Origin: Ferroglobus placidus DSM 10642
Lineage (GTDB): Archaea; Halobacteriota; Archaeoglobi; Archaeoglobales; Archaeoglobaceae
Direction: 5' to 3'
DNA length: 32,000 nt
Assembly: GCF_000025505.1 (NCBI RefSeq)
Contig: NC_013849.1
Span: 840,001 to 872,000 of the forward strand
A program made the translations under genes and the position numbers. Within the stretch, counting starts at the first letter, position 1. Each line of letters begins with the position of its first letter. The notes under the pieces are model-generated. The model saw only the letters and a list, made by a program, of their open reading frames with translations, did not search any database and had not been told where the DNA came from. Positions 1-9,190 of this stretch are shown one piece after another.

Positions 1-288
1 GCCAGCTTCATTTTGGGAATCTCGAGGGCTATAGGAGAGACGATGGCAGTTACTATAGCTGCCGGCAGAGTTCCGAGGCTCGTTAACATTCTCAACCCGG
101 AAGACTGGATAAAGCCAATAGAAACCATGACCGCTGCCATGGTTGAAATAGGCTTAAGCGACGTCTCCGGAGAAAGCATAGCCTACAAGAGCCTATTTGC
201 GATTGGCTTCACCCTCTTCATCATGACGTTTGCCCTCAATGCGGTGAGCAATTACATTAAAATGCGTTTCAGGGAGGTGTACAGATGA
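1..288 (+). CDS. pstC: Phosphate ABC transporter permease PstC, C-terminal part (start lies upstream of window)
   Basis: Open frame from base 1 ([22 protein letters not shown]...), typical EAA-loop-like GxSRAxGETMAV motif of phosphate permeases; followed by PstA and PstB. Confidence 0.9.
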   Translation, partial: ASFILGISRAIGETMAVTIAAGRVPRLVNILNPEDWIKPIETMTAAMVEIGLSDVSGESIAYKSLFAIGFTLFIMTFALNAVSNYIKMRFREVYR

Positions 289-1133
289 AGATTTCGGATA
301 AGCTCTTTTTAGTGCTTTGCTTAGCGGCAACAGTTTTTGGATTACTCGTTCTTTCAGCCCTCATCGTTTACACGTTTTACGAAGCTTTAGGATGGCTCGA
401 TTTACAGTTCCTCACGTCACCTCCCTCAAGGTTTCCGGAAAAAGCCGGAATTTATCCAGCATTGGTAAGCTCGGTATACATGATAACCCTCGTCGGAATC
501 TTCGTCCTCCCTCTCGGAGTCGGAGCAGCCTTATATCTGGAAGAGTACGCTAAAAAAGGAAAGTTAACGAGAATTATCGACGTGAACATCTCGAACTTGG
601 CAGCGGTGCCATCAATAGTTTACGGGCTTCTCGGGATAGGACTTTTCGTTGCCACTTTCAAACTGAAGCCGGGAACCGTGTTAGTTGGAGCTCTAACTCT
701 AACGCTCTTAGTTGTTCCTATAGTGATCGTCACTGCACAGGAAGCGCTGAGAGCTGTTCCGAAGTCGGTGAGGGAGGCGAGTTTCGCTTTGGGAGCAACG
801 AAGTGGCAGACAATCAAGGAAGTCGTTTTGCCTCAAGCTTTTCCCGGCATTTTAACCGGAGTAATTCTCGCTCTTTCAAGAGCTATAGGAGAGACGGCTC
901 CACTAATCATGATTGGAATGGCTACAACGGTTTTTGTAGCTCCGAAAGACATATTTAGTCCAGCTACTGCCATGCCCCTCCAAATATTCATGTGGACCGA
1001 CATGCCACAGGAAGAGTTCCTCCACGGTGTGGCTCCAGCGGGAGTTATAGTCCTGCTTGCGGTCATGTTGTCGATGAACGCCCTCGCCATATACTTGAGA
1101 AATAGGTTCTACAGGAAGCTTAAGGGGTGGTAA
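285..1133 (+). CDS. pstA: Phosphate ABC transporter permease PstA
   Basis: 282 aa, multiple TM segments, [19 protein letters not shown] and [14 protein letters not shown] motifs; overlaps pstC stop by 4 nt. Confidence 0.95.
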   Translation: MKISDKLFLVLCLAATVFGLLVLSALIVYTFYEALGWLDLQFLTSPPSRFPEKAGIYPALVSSVYMITLVGIFVLPLGVGAALYLEEYAKKGKLTRIIDVNISNLAAVPSIVYGLLGIGLFVATFKLKPGTVLVGALTLTLLVVPIVIVTAQEALRAVPKSVREASFALGATKWQTIKEVVLPQAFPGILTGVILALSRAIGETAPLIMIGMATTVFVAPKDIFSPATAMPLQIFMWTDMPQEEFLHGVAPAGVIVLLAVMLSMNALAIYLRNRFYRKLKGW

Positions 1134-1134
1134 A

Positions 1135-1887
1135 ATGATAGTATTCGACGTCAAAAACCTGAGCGTGTATTATGGCGATAAAGTCGGAATTCAGGACGTG
1201 AACATCGAGATTTACAAAAATAAGGTGACAGCAATAATGGGTCCGAGCGGCTGCGGAAAGTCCACCTTTTTGAGGTCTCTAAACAGATTGATAGAGCTTG
1301 TGGAAAACGTCAGAGTTGAGGGAAAGGTTTTGTTCGAAGGAAAGAACATCTACGACCCAGACGTTGATCCGGTTGAGCTGAGAAAGAGAATAGGGATGGT
1401 TTTCCAGCATCCAAACCCATTTCCAAAGAGCATATTCGACAACGTAGCCTTCGGACCGAGAATTCACGGTATAAAAGACAAGAAAAAACTCGAAAAGATA
1501 GTTGAAGACGCTTTGAAGAAAGCTGCGCTATGGGATGAAGTCAAGGACAGACTCCACGATTCGGCTTTGAGGCTCAGCGGAGGACAGCAGCAGAGGCTTT
1601 GCATAGCGAGAGCTATTGCTACGAATCCCGAGGTGATTCTCTTCGACGAGCCCACAGCCTCTCTCGATCCGATAGCCGCTTCGAAAATAGAGGACCTTAT
1701 AGTGGATTTGAAGAAGAGCTATACAGTTGTCGTCGTTACTCACAACATTCAGCAGGCAGCGAGAATAAGCGACTACGTAGCTTTCTTCTGGATGGGAAAG
1801 CTTGTTGAGTACGGAAAAACGGAAGAAGTCTTTGAAAATCCGCAGAACGAGCTTACAGAGAAGTACTTGACGGGAAGAATAGGATGA
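1135..1887 (+). CDS. pstB: Phosphate ABC transporter ATP-binding protein PstB
   Basis: 250 aa; Walker [10 protein letters not shown], signature [15 protein letters not shown], Walker [29 protein letters not shown]. Confidence 0.97.
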   Translation: MIVFDVKNLSVYYGDKVGIQDVNIEIYKNKVTAIMGPSGCGKSTFLRSLNRLIELVENVRVEGKVLFEGKNIYDPDVDPVELRKRIGMVFQHPNPFPKSIFDNVAFGPRIHGIKDKKKLEKIVEDALKKAALWDEVKDRLHDSALRLSGGQQQRLCIARAIATNPEVILFDEPTASLDPIAASKIEDLIVDLKKSYTVVVVTHNIQQAARISDYVAFFWMGKLVEYGKTEEVFENPQNELTEKYLTGRIG

Positions 1888-2276
1888 AAGTTCTCTTCGT
1901 TTGCCGGGAAAACACGTGCAGAAGCGTTATGGCTGAAGCTATATTTAACTCTCTGAGCGAAAAACACAGAGCCGAAAGTGCCGGAGTTGAGAGGGGAGAG
2001 AAGATAGATGAAAACGCTATTAAAACTTTAGAGAAGTGTGGATACAGAGTTGAGAAAAAATACCCGAAATCTCTTGATGATGTAAATTTGGAAGATTTCG
2101 ATTTGATCGTGACAGTTTGCGACGAATTCTGCGTAAATATTCCGGGAAAGAAGGTTATTAGGTGGAAAATAGAGGATCCGAAAGGCAAGAATTTAAAAGC
2201 TTACGAAAGAGTTTTGAAATTCTTGGAGGATAAAATTAAGCAACTTCTGGAGGAGATAGGATATGAAGGTTCTTGA
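1884..2276 (+). CDS. ArsC-like arsenate reductase / low-molecular-weight phosphatase fold protein
   Basis: 130 aa; P-loop CRENTCRS (CX5R) near the N-terminus and downstream paired Cys in VTVCDEFC, typical of thioredoxin-coupled ArsC. Confidence 0.85.
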   Translation: MKVLFVCRENTCRSVMAEAIFNSLSEKHRAESAGVERGEKIDENAIKTLEKCGYRVEKKYPKSLDDVNLEDFDLIVTVCDEFCVNIPGKKVIRWKIEDPKGKNLKAYERVLKFLEDKIKQLLEEIGYEGS

Positions 2277-2853
2277 GGAAAGGCTCAACAAGATAAAAGA
2301 AGAACTCATAGAGATGCACAGAATATCGAAAGAGGCTGTTGAGCTATGTCTCGACAGCAGAAGCTTGGCGAAGGTTTCGAGCATAGAGAGGAGAGCAGAT
2401 GTTATGAACACCGACATAGACGATAACTGCCTCGTTGCCGTGGCTTTGTACCAGCCGGTAGCGAGGGATTTGAGGTTTTTAGCCAGCGTGATGAGGCTTT
2501 CGGCAAATTACGAAAGAATTACAGATCTCGCTGAAAAAATCGCTAAGCTGGAAAACAAAGACGCTGAAAGATTGAAGGAAATGCAGGAAACAGTTTTGGA
2601 GATGTTCGACATAGTTTACGAAGCACTTTCAGAGGGAAAAATAGAAAGTCTGAAGGACAGGCTGGTAGAAAAGGACGACGTTCTCGACAAGATTAACAAA
2701 AAGATACTCGAAGAGAACATGGAGAAGAAGGTAAAGGAGGCTATAGATACAATAATCGCTGCGAAACACTTCGAAAGAATCGGAGACATTCTGAGTAAGA
2801 ACGGTTCGAGGATTATTTACATCGAGGAAGGAAAGAGAGTCTGGATAAAGTGA
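2263..2853 (+). CDS. phoU: Phosphate uptake regulator PhoU family protein
   Basis: 196 aa; helical protein with DNTDIDDNCLVAVALYQPVARDLRFLASVMRLSANYERITDLAEKIA, a PhoU motif; last gene of pst cluster. Confidence 0.93.
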   Translation: MKVLEERLNKIKEELIEMHRISKEAVELCLDSRSLAKVSSIERRADVMNTDIDDNCLVAVALYQPVARDLRFLASVMRLSANYERITDLAEKIAKLENKDAERLKEMQETVLEMFDIVYEALSEGKIESLKDRLVEKDDVLDKINKKILEENMEKKVKEAIDTIIAAKHFERIGDILSKNGSRIIYIEEGKRVWIK

Positions 2854-2892
2854 GGAAAAAGTTAATGTTAAGATTCGCAAAGTTTCATTGCT

Positions 2893-5544
2893 GTGATAGC
2901 TGAGGCTTTAAAAAAAGTCGGCATAGAGGAACTTAACCAGCTTCAGAAGGAAGCTTACGGTTTAATTAAAAAAGGCTCGGACGTTTTGATAGTAGCTCCT
3001 ACCGGGAGCGGAAAAACAGAAGCTGCTCTAATTCCAGTACTCGAAACGATAAAAGAGAAGAACTTGGAAGGAATTGCTCTAATTTACGTAACTCCTCTCA
3101 GAGCTCTGAATAGGGATCTGCTGAGAAGGATAAGCGCAATTTGCGACGAAATAGGGTTGAGCGTAGCTGTAAGGCACAGCGATACGAGTGAAAGAGAAAG
3201 AAAGAAGCAGTCCGAAGAACCTCCTCAAATTCTCATAACCACTCCGGAGACCTTTCAGATTCTCTTTCTGGGAAAGAAGCTCAAGAAGGGTTTGAAAAAC
3301 GTAAAGTTCGTCGTCGTAGATGAGGTTCACGAACTCGTTGAGAGCGAGCGAGGGGTTCAGCTTGCCGTTGCTTTGGAGAGGCTCAGAGAATACACGAAAT
3401 TCCAGCTAATCGCTTTATCAGCAACAGTAGACGTCGATAAAGTTTTGAGGTTTTTCAAGTGCAAAGAGCTGATTCTCTCACCTCTCGAGAAGAAGTATAT
3501 CTTTAAGGTCATCAAGCCTGAGGTAAAGGAGGAAGATTTGGAGCTCGCGAGGAATTTAATGGTCGAAGAGAGTTTTGCGGCAGAGCTGAGGAAAATAAAG
3601 GAGATCGTCGAAGAGTACGGATCGGCATTAATCTTCGTTAACACGAGGCAAACCGCTGAGTTTTTAGCTTCGAAGCTCAAAAAGCTTGTTCCAGTAGAAG
3701 TTCACCACGGATCGCTGTCCAAGGAGGTTAGAATTGAAAACGAGAAAAAGTTCCTCAACAAAGAGATTAAAGCCCTCGTCTGCACGTCGTCGATGGAACT
3801 CGGAATAGACATAGGTCACGTTAACGTTGTCATCCAATACAACAGCCCGAGGGAGGTCGTAAGGCTAATTCAAAGAGCCGGAAGGAGCGGTCACAGAATA
3901 GACAAAGTTAGTGTGTGCTACATCATCACCAGCTCCTTCGACGATTTGCTTGAGTCTGCTGTGATAGTCAAAAAAGCTTTAAAAGGGGAGCTTGAAGAGA
4001 GCAGAATTCACGAAAACAGCTTGGACGTTTTAGCCAACCAGATTGCCGGAATTCTGCTTGAGAAGGGGAAAATCGAGGCGTCAAGAGTCTACTCGATAAT
4101 AAAGAGAGCTTATCCTTTCAGAAAACTCAGCTGGGAAAGCTTCATGAAAGTCGTTGAATTCCTCGACAGCATAAATCTAATTACCTACAGAGATGGCTTG
4201 CTAATTCCGACGAGAAAAACGAGATCTTACTTTTTCGAAAACATTTCCATGATTCCAGACGAGAAGAGCTATCCCGTTAGAGACGTGGTAACAGGAAAAA
4301 TTATAGGAGTTCTCGACGAAAAATTCCTTCAGACTTTCTCCGGAGAGCTTTTTACGATGAAGGGAGACGTTTGGAGAGTTTTAAGTGTTGACGAGGAAGT
4401 AAAGGTCTCTCCCGCTTTGGCGGAAGGAGCCGTTCCGAGTTGGGTTGGAGAGGAGATTCCCGTTCCGTACGAAGTGGCTGACGAGGTTGGATTGCTAAGA
4501 AAAGCAATTCTCGCCTACGGAAGAGAGTACCTGATTAAAAACTACTTCGTAAACGAGGAGGGAGCCAAATTTGTAGAAGAGCTCATAAAAGAGCACGCAA
4601 AAAAATTCGCTGTCCCCGGAGGGGGAGAGATAGTAATTGAAGGGGAAAAAGAAGTTACTCTAAACGTCTGCCTTGGACACAGAGTCAACGAGGTTCTCGG
4701 GAGGGTTGTGGCGCTTCTTCTTTCGGCAAGGTCCGGAAGAAACGTGTCGATAGAGTTCGACCCCTACAGGATAAAATTCAACCCCGCAAATTGCGAAGAC
4801 GTTGCGAGAGTTTTAGATGAGCTTTCTCGGCTAAGCTTCGAACAGTTTAGAGAGCTCGTCGTTAGAGCGGTATCTGAGACGAAGCTCTTCCAGTGGAAGT
4901 TCGTTCACGTCGCCAAGAAAATGGGATACCTGAGCAAGGAAATTGAAGTAAGCAGAATAAACGTTCAGAACCTCGTAAAGAAGCTTATGGATACGCCGAT
5001 ATTTGAAGAAGCTGTAAGAGAGATGTTCACTGAAAGGCTCGACGTCGAAAAAGCCTACGAGTTCGTTAAAAGAATAAAGAATTTCGAAATTCACGTTTAT
5101 CAGGAAAAAACACCCATAGGTAGCGTAAGCCAGGGAAGCTTCGACATCGTTGCTGGAAAGAGAGAAGAGGCTATCCTCGACCATTTCATTCAGAGACTTG
5201 AAGAGGAAAACGTCTGGATTTACTGCGTGAACTGCAAGCTTAGAATGAGGAAAAAGCTAAGACATCTCAGCGAAAGTTTTTGTCCGAGGTGCAAGAGCAG
5301 AATGCTGGCTGTGTTTAGCGCGAGGAGAAATCCGGAGGAGTTTAGCGAAAAGGAGCTTTTCAGAATTGCCGAGCTTTACAGAGTGCACGGAAAAAAGGCT
5401 GCCTACGCTCTGTGCACCTACGGAATCGGAGTGGACACAGCTACTAAAATTTTATCTGGATTTTATCCTGAAAATAGGGAGTTTTTCAAGAGTTTGCTCG
5501 AAGCGGAGAAAAACTACATAAGGACGAGAAAGTTCTGGTCGTGA
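2893..5544 (+). CDS. DEAD/DEAH box ATP-dependent helicase, Lhr-like
   Basis: 883 aa; APTGSGKTEAAL, VVVDEVHEL, LSATV, VNTRQTAEFLASKL, CTSSMELGIDIGHV, RAGRSGHR; long Lhr-type C-terminal region with a CxxC...CxxC Zn motif (YCVNCKLRMRKKLRHLSESFCPRC). Confidence 0.92.
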   Translation: MIAEALKKVGIEELNQLQKEAYGLIKKGSDVLIVAPTGSGKTEAALIPVLETIKEKNLEGIALIYVTPLRALNRDLLRRISAICDEIGLSVAVRHSDTSERERKKQSEEPPQILITTPETFQILFLGKKLKKGLKNVKFVVVDEVHELVESERGVQLAVALERLREYTKFQLIALSATVDVDKVLRFFKCKELILSPLEKKYIFKVIKPEVKEEDLELARNLMVEESFAAELRKIKEIVEEYGSALIFVNTRQTAEFLASKLKKLVPVEVHHGSLSKEVRIENEKKFLNKEIKALVCTSSMELGIDIGHVNVVIQYNSPREVVRLIQRAGRSGHRIDKVSVCYIITSSFDDLLESAVIVKKALKGELEESRIHENSLDVLANQIAGILLEKGKIEASRVYSIIKRAYPFRKLSWESFMKVVEFLDSINLITYRDGLLIPTRKTRSYFFENISMIPDEKSYPVRDVVTGKIIGVLDEKFLQTFSGELFTMKGDVWRVLSVDEEVKVSPALAEGAVPSWVGEEIPVPYEVADEVGLLRKAILAYGREYLIKNYFVNEEGAKFVEELIKEHAKKFAVPGGGEIVIEGEKEVTLNVCLGHRVNEVLGRVVALLLSARSGRNVSIEFDPYRIKFNPANCEDVARVLDELSRLSFEQFRELVVRAVSETKLFQWKFVHVAKKMGYLSKEIEVSRINVQNLVKKLMDTPIFEEAVREMFTERLDVEKAYEFVKRIKNFEIHVYQEKTPIGSVSQGSFDIVAGKREEAILDHFIQRLEEENVWIYCVNCKLRMRKKLRHLSESFCPRCKSRMLAVFSARRNPEEFSEKELFRIAELYRVHGKKAAYALCTYGIGVDTATKILSGFYPENREFFKSLLEAEKNYIRTRKFWS

Positions 5545-5548
5545 GAGG

Positions 5549-6373
5549 ATGGAGGAAAAGCTGAAAGAAATCAAGGATTGGTTTGAAGACCTCATCGATG
5601 AGGAGACTGCTGAACTTCTTGCTAAATATTCCCTCGGAGGTAAAGTAGAGTTCAAAATAGAGGAAGCTAAGAAAATTCCCGGGAAAGTGGCTTTCGTCGG
5701 GAGAGTCGTGAAGATAGAAAGAAGAGAAGCGAAAAATGGAAGAGAATTTTACAGGATCCTCGTCAAAGATGAGGAGAGCAGTGCTTTCGTTTACCTGTGG
5801 GAAGAAGCTAAGGAGCTCGTTTATTCCGGAGACTTGAGCGAGGGGGATCTCGTCAAGTTCATAGCGATAAACAAAAACGGGTTTTTTTCAGTAAACAGCG
5901 GTGACGACGTTGAGATTTTGAGGAAAGAGAAGAAGGAGTTCGAAGGATATTTAATATCCAGCGGAGAACACTCCGAAATTTTCTCCGGAAGACTCATGAG
6001 GTTTAAAGGAGAGGTTAAAGCGGAAAGAGGTAGCTACGTCAGGGTTAGAGTTGAGGGAGAGAGAATAGTTGACTACGAAGTCGTGAAGGAGAACGTTTTC
6101 GAGAAGATAGAGAAAATCGTTCCGGGGAGATACGTGAACGTTAAGGGTTTCGTAATCGGGCTGGGGGAGGATTTTGGTAGGAGCGCTGAGATAACGGTGA
6201 GCGATAAGGAGAGCTCGATAGACGTTGTGCTTTGGGACGAATGGAGGAAAATATACTTCGACGTAGACATAGGTGACGTGATCGTGATCTTTAACGCCTA
6301 CGCAAAACACGAAGACGTGACGAAACTCCACTGCGGAAGAAGCAGCTACGTTCTTCTCGAAAAGGTTTATTAA
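5549..6373 (+). CDS. OB-fold nucleic-acid-binding protein (RPA-like)
   Basis: 274 aa; two apparent OB-like modules (KVAFVGRVVKIERREAKNGREFYRILVKDEESSAFVYLW and YVNVKGFVIGLGEDFGRSAEITVSDKESSIDVVLWDEW). Confidence 0.6.
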   Translation: MEEKLKEIKDWFEDLIDEETAELLAKYSLGGKVEFKIEEAKKIPGKVAFVGRVVKIERREAKNGREFYRILVKDEESSAFVYLWEEAKELVYSGDLSEGDLVKFIAINKNGFFSVNSGDDVEILRKEKKEFEGYLISSGEHSEIFSGRLMRFKGEVKAERGSYVRVRVEGERIVDYEVVKENVFEKIEKIVPGRYVNVKGFVIGLGEDFGRSAEITVSDKESSIDVVLWDEWRKIYFDVDIGDVIVIFNAYAKHEDVTKLHCGRSSYVLLEKVY

Positions 6374-6393
6374 CTTCGAACTTTCCCAGCTTT

Positions 6394-7743
6394 ATGAAAA
6401 AAGTTCTGATGGCTCTGCTGATAATCGCTGCAATAACGAGGTTTTACGCTCTGACAGACAGACCTATGGATCACGACGAAAGCGTTCACGCTTACCTAAG
6501 CTACGTTTTCATGAAAAGCGGATATTACGAGTACGATCCAGCCTTCCACGGTCCTTTCATATACCTCACCACAGGCTTCCTCTTCAAGCTCTTCGGCGAC
6601 TCTGAATTCGTTGCGAGAGCCCTCGTGGCTACTTTTTCAATCTTCTCGATTTACGTAGCTTACCTTTTCAGAAGGTATGTCGGAAACGGTTGGATACTGT
6701 TTGCGTTAATCTTAATCTTCTCTCCGTCGATTCTGTATTACTCCAGATATTTCAGAAACGATATGATCGTTCTCCCTTCTTTCTTAGCGGCAGTTTACTT
6801 TTACTTTAGATATGCCGAGAGCAAAAAAGTTGTTTTCGCCGGGCTATCTTCCTTTTTCTTAGCTTTGATGATTTGCTCGAAGGAGAACGGATTCATTTAC
6901 CTCGGAACTCTCTTATCCTTTATCTTGCTCAAAAGAAAATTCGTTTTCTGGAGGGATATAGATTTTAAAGCTATTTCTCTTTCAGCCTTCGTTTTCTTTT
7001 TTATCGTCTCCTTCTATTACACTACAGCCTTCACGAACTTTTTTGGATTGATAAAAGCTTTCACAGCATCAATACAGCACTGGGTCGAAATGCACGAAAA
7101 AAAGGACCACTGGAAACCCATCTACTACTACTCGAAAATTCTGATAAAGTACGAATTCTTCGTCCTCGGATTATTTCTCGCTTCGCTATATCAGGCTGCG
7201 GAGAGAATTAAGAAAAAAAAGGTGTCGACTATCGAAGCTTTCGCACTTTACTGGGCTGTAACAGCTTTACTTGCCTACCACGTTTTGAGCCACAAAGTTC
7301 CTTGGCTTACGGTGCACCTTGTCGCTCCAATGGCTTTTCTCTCCTCGCTGTATTCTGCTAAACTCCTTTCCGAGTGGAGAAAATACGTTGTGACTGCGGT
7401 GCTGTTCGTAAACGTTGCCGTAGGATTTTACCTGACTTACGTGGACTACAACAACACCGAGCACGATTTGATATACATCCAAGTCCAGCCTTCTGCTGTC
7501 GAGCTTGCGGAAAGGATAGCTAAAGCGACAAACATTATAGTTTACGAGCCGAACAACGATTACTGGCCACTGCCTTGGTATTTGAGGAAGGAAAACGTTC
7601 CCTTCTCAAGCAAATTTTACCCCTACGACAACGTGGTGACTTCGGAGAGGGAAATGAAAAATCTTCTCGAAAAAGGCTACACCCTCGACGGAAGATACGA
7701 AATACGTCCCGGATACTACATGGTGTGGATGAAGAAGGGTTAA
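6394..7743 (+). CDS. Multi-pass glycosyltransferase-like membrane protein (GT39-like, TIGR03663/Agl23-type)
   Basis: 449 aa; N-terminal RPMDHDESVHAYLSYVFMKSGYYEYDPAFHGPFIYLTTGFLFKLFG, many TM helices. Confidence 0.8.
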   Translation: MKKVLMALLIIAAITRFYALTDRPMDHDESVHAYLSYVFMKSGYYEYDPAFHGPFIYLTTGFLFKLFGDSEFVARALVATFSIFSIYVAYLFRRYVGNGWILFALILIFSPSILYYSRYFRNDMIVLPSFLAAVYFYFRYAESKKVVFAGLSSFFLALMICSKENGFIYLGTLLSFILLKRKFVFWRDIDFKAISLSAFVFFFIVSFYYTTAFTNFFGLIKAFTASIQHWVEMHEKKDHWKPIYYYSKILIKYEFFVLGLFLASLYQAAERIKKKKVSTIEAFALYWAVTALLAYHVLSHKVPWLTVHLVAPMAFLSSLYSAKLLSEWRKYVVTAVLFVNVAVGFYLTYVDYNNTEHDLIYIQVQPSAVELAERIAKATNIIVYEPNNDYWPLPWYLRKENVPFSSKFYPYDNVVTSEREMKNLLEKGYTLDGRYEIRPGYYMVWMKKG

Positions 7744-7768
7744 ATAAAAGCCCGACCAAATCTCAAAC

Positions 7769-7945
7769 ATGGCGGAAAAAGAAGTAAGCCCGTTGCTGTT
7801 CCTCATAGCATGGGCGATGTTTTCGGCGATGCTTTATCTCTACGCCCACTACATAAAACTTGCAACTAAGGAATCGAGGCTCGTCGTTATTTTAGCTTCG
7901 ATTTTAACCGGCGGCGTTATGGCGTACATAATTCTCTACAAGTGA
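7769..7945 (+). CDS. Small membrane protein, 58 aa (not in supplied ORF track)
   Basis: ATG to TGA: MAEKEVSPLLFLIAWAMFSAMLYLYAHYIKLATKESRLVVILASILTGGVMAYIILYK; two predicted TM helices. Confidence 0.6.
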   Translation: MAEKEVSPLLFLIAWAMFSAMLYLYAHYIKLATKESRLVVILASILTGGVMAYIILYK

Positions 7946-8001
7946 TCAGCGAACACTTGTTAGGGAAACATTTAAGTTTAGAAATTACAACTATTATTGT
8001 T

Positions 8002-8484
8002 ATGATGGAACATAAAAAGTTACTCGTGGGAGATGTGAACAAAGTTGTTGCTTCTCTCTTAGCCAGAGCTTACGCTGCCGAATACTTAGAAGCGAATTTG
8101 CTTTCAGAAGCTCTGCTTTACATCCACGACGATGAGGTTTGGAACGACGTTTTCTCGTTAATTAAAGACAACGAACTCCACAAAACCATAATAGAGGAAA
8201 TCGTAGAAGTTCTTGGCTTCGACATCAAAGATTTTAGGGAATACTCAAAGACATTTACGGAGTGCAAACTCAACTTCTCTGGAGATTTTCTGAGCGAAAT
8301 GTTCAGCGAAATATTAAATTACGAGATCTGGGCTGAAAAATTCTACAAGCACTTGGCAAAATTAGTTTCGGCAATACCCCTAGATGTTGAGAAAGAAAAT
8401 GTCGAAATCGTAAAGAACACGCTCGAAATGCTATCTGAGTGGGAGAAAAAGCATACGGAAGTGGCGAGAAAATACATACAATAA
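8002..8484 (+). CDS. Helical ferritin-like/hypothetical protein
   Basis: Preferred start at MMEHKKLLVG (8002) with an AT-rich TATA-like element (acatttaagttta) about 25-30 nt upstream; mostly helical with spaced E/H residues (YAAEYLEANLLSEALLYIHDDE...NELHKTIIEE...NYEIWAEKFYKHLAKL). Confidence 0.55.
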   Translation: MMEHKKLLVGDVNKVVASLLARAYAAEYLEANLLSEALLYIHDDEVWNDVFSLIKDNELHKTIIEEIVEVLGFDIKDFREYSKTFTECKLNFSGDFLSEMFSEILNYEIWAEKFYKHLAKLVSAIPLDVEKENVEIVKNTLEMLSEWEKKHTEVARKYIQ

Positions 8485-8506
8485 AGATATAAAAATTGAG
8501 AAAAAC

Positions 8507-9058
8507 TTACATCAATCCCAAAGCTTGCAACTCTTCGGAAATTTTCTCAACGGCTCTCTTGGCATCTTCCGGCTTTTTGCCTCCGGTTATTACCATCTTA
8601 CCCGAACCGAAGATCAAAACAACAACCCTCGGGTCCCTCAATCTGTAAACGAGTCCGGGGAATTGTTCTGGTTCGTACTCTATATTTTCCAGCCCCAAAC
8701 CAACGGCTATGGCGTTTAGGTTCAAATCCACTCCGAGGTCTGCGGAAGCCACAATATTTTGCACTCTCACGTCCGGATCGTCGTAAACTTCGATGCCGAG
8801 AGACTTTATTATGTTAACAACTTGTTTCACAGCCCTTCTCGCATCTTCAACGCTTTTTGAGCCGGTGCAAACGACCTTGCCGCTTCTGAAAACCAAGGCA
8901 GCCGCTTTAGGGTCTTTGGTTCTCAAAACCAGTCCGGGAAACTGTTTCGGCTTGTATTCCGCATCCTTTATCTCCCTTGCGATTTTGTTCAGATCTATGT
9001 TTTCCCCAATCTGCGTAGAAGCGACGACATTCTCGATTTTTATCTTGTAATCTTTCAT
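8507..9058 (-). CDS. tbp: TATA-box-binding protein
   Basis: 183 aa from MKDYKIKIENVVAS; two imperfect direct repeats (KIENVVASTQIGENIDLNKIA..QFPGLVLRTKDPKAAALVFRSGKVVCTG / RVQNIVASADLGVDLNLNAIA..QFPGLVYRLRDPRVVVLIFGSGKMVITG). Confidence 0.97.
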   Translation of the reverse strand: MKDYKIKIENVVASTQIGENIDLNKIAREIKDAEYKPKQFPGLVLRTKDPKAAALVFRSGKVVCTGSKSVEDARRAVKQVVNIIKSLGIEVYDDPDVRVQNIVASADLGVDLNLNAIAVGLGLENIEYEPEQFPGLVYRLRDPRVVVLIFGSGKMVITGGKKPEDAKRAVEKISEELQALGLM

Positions 9059-9073
9059 AGTTGTAACCCCCAA

Positions 9074-9102
9074 TCAAAAACTTTTTAAATAATATAAATA
9101 CC
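9074..9102 (-). promoter_or_regulatory. Promoter region of tbp (TATA-like, very AT-rich)
   Basis: On - strand: ggtatttatattatttaaaaagttt just upstream of the tbp start. Confidence 0.5.
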
Positions 9103-9190
9103 TTGCCCTGCCCAAAGCTCTTCTTAAGAACTCTTACGAAAATTTCGTCGATAGTCGAAAGACTTTAGAAAAAGGATTAAGAAATTAGAA

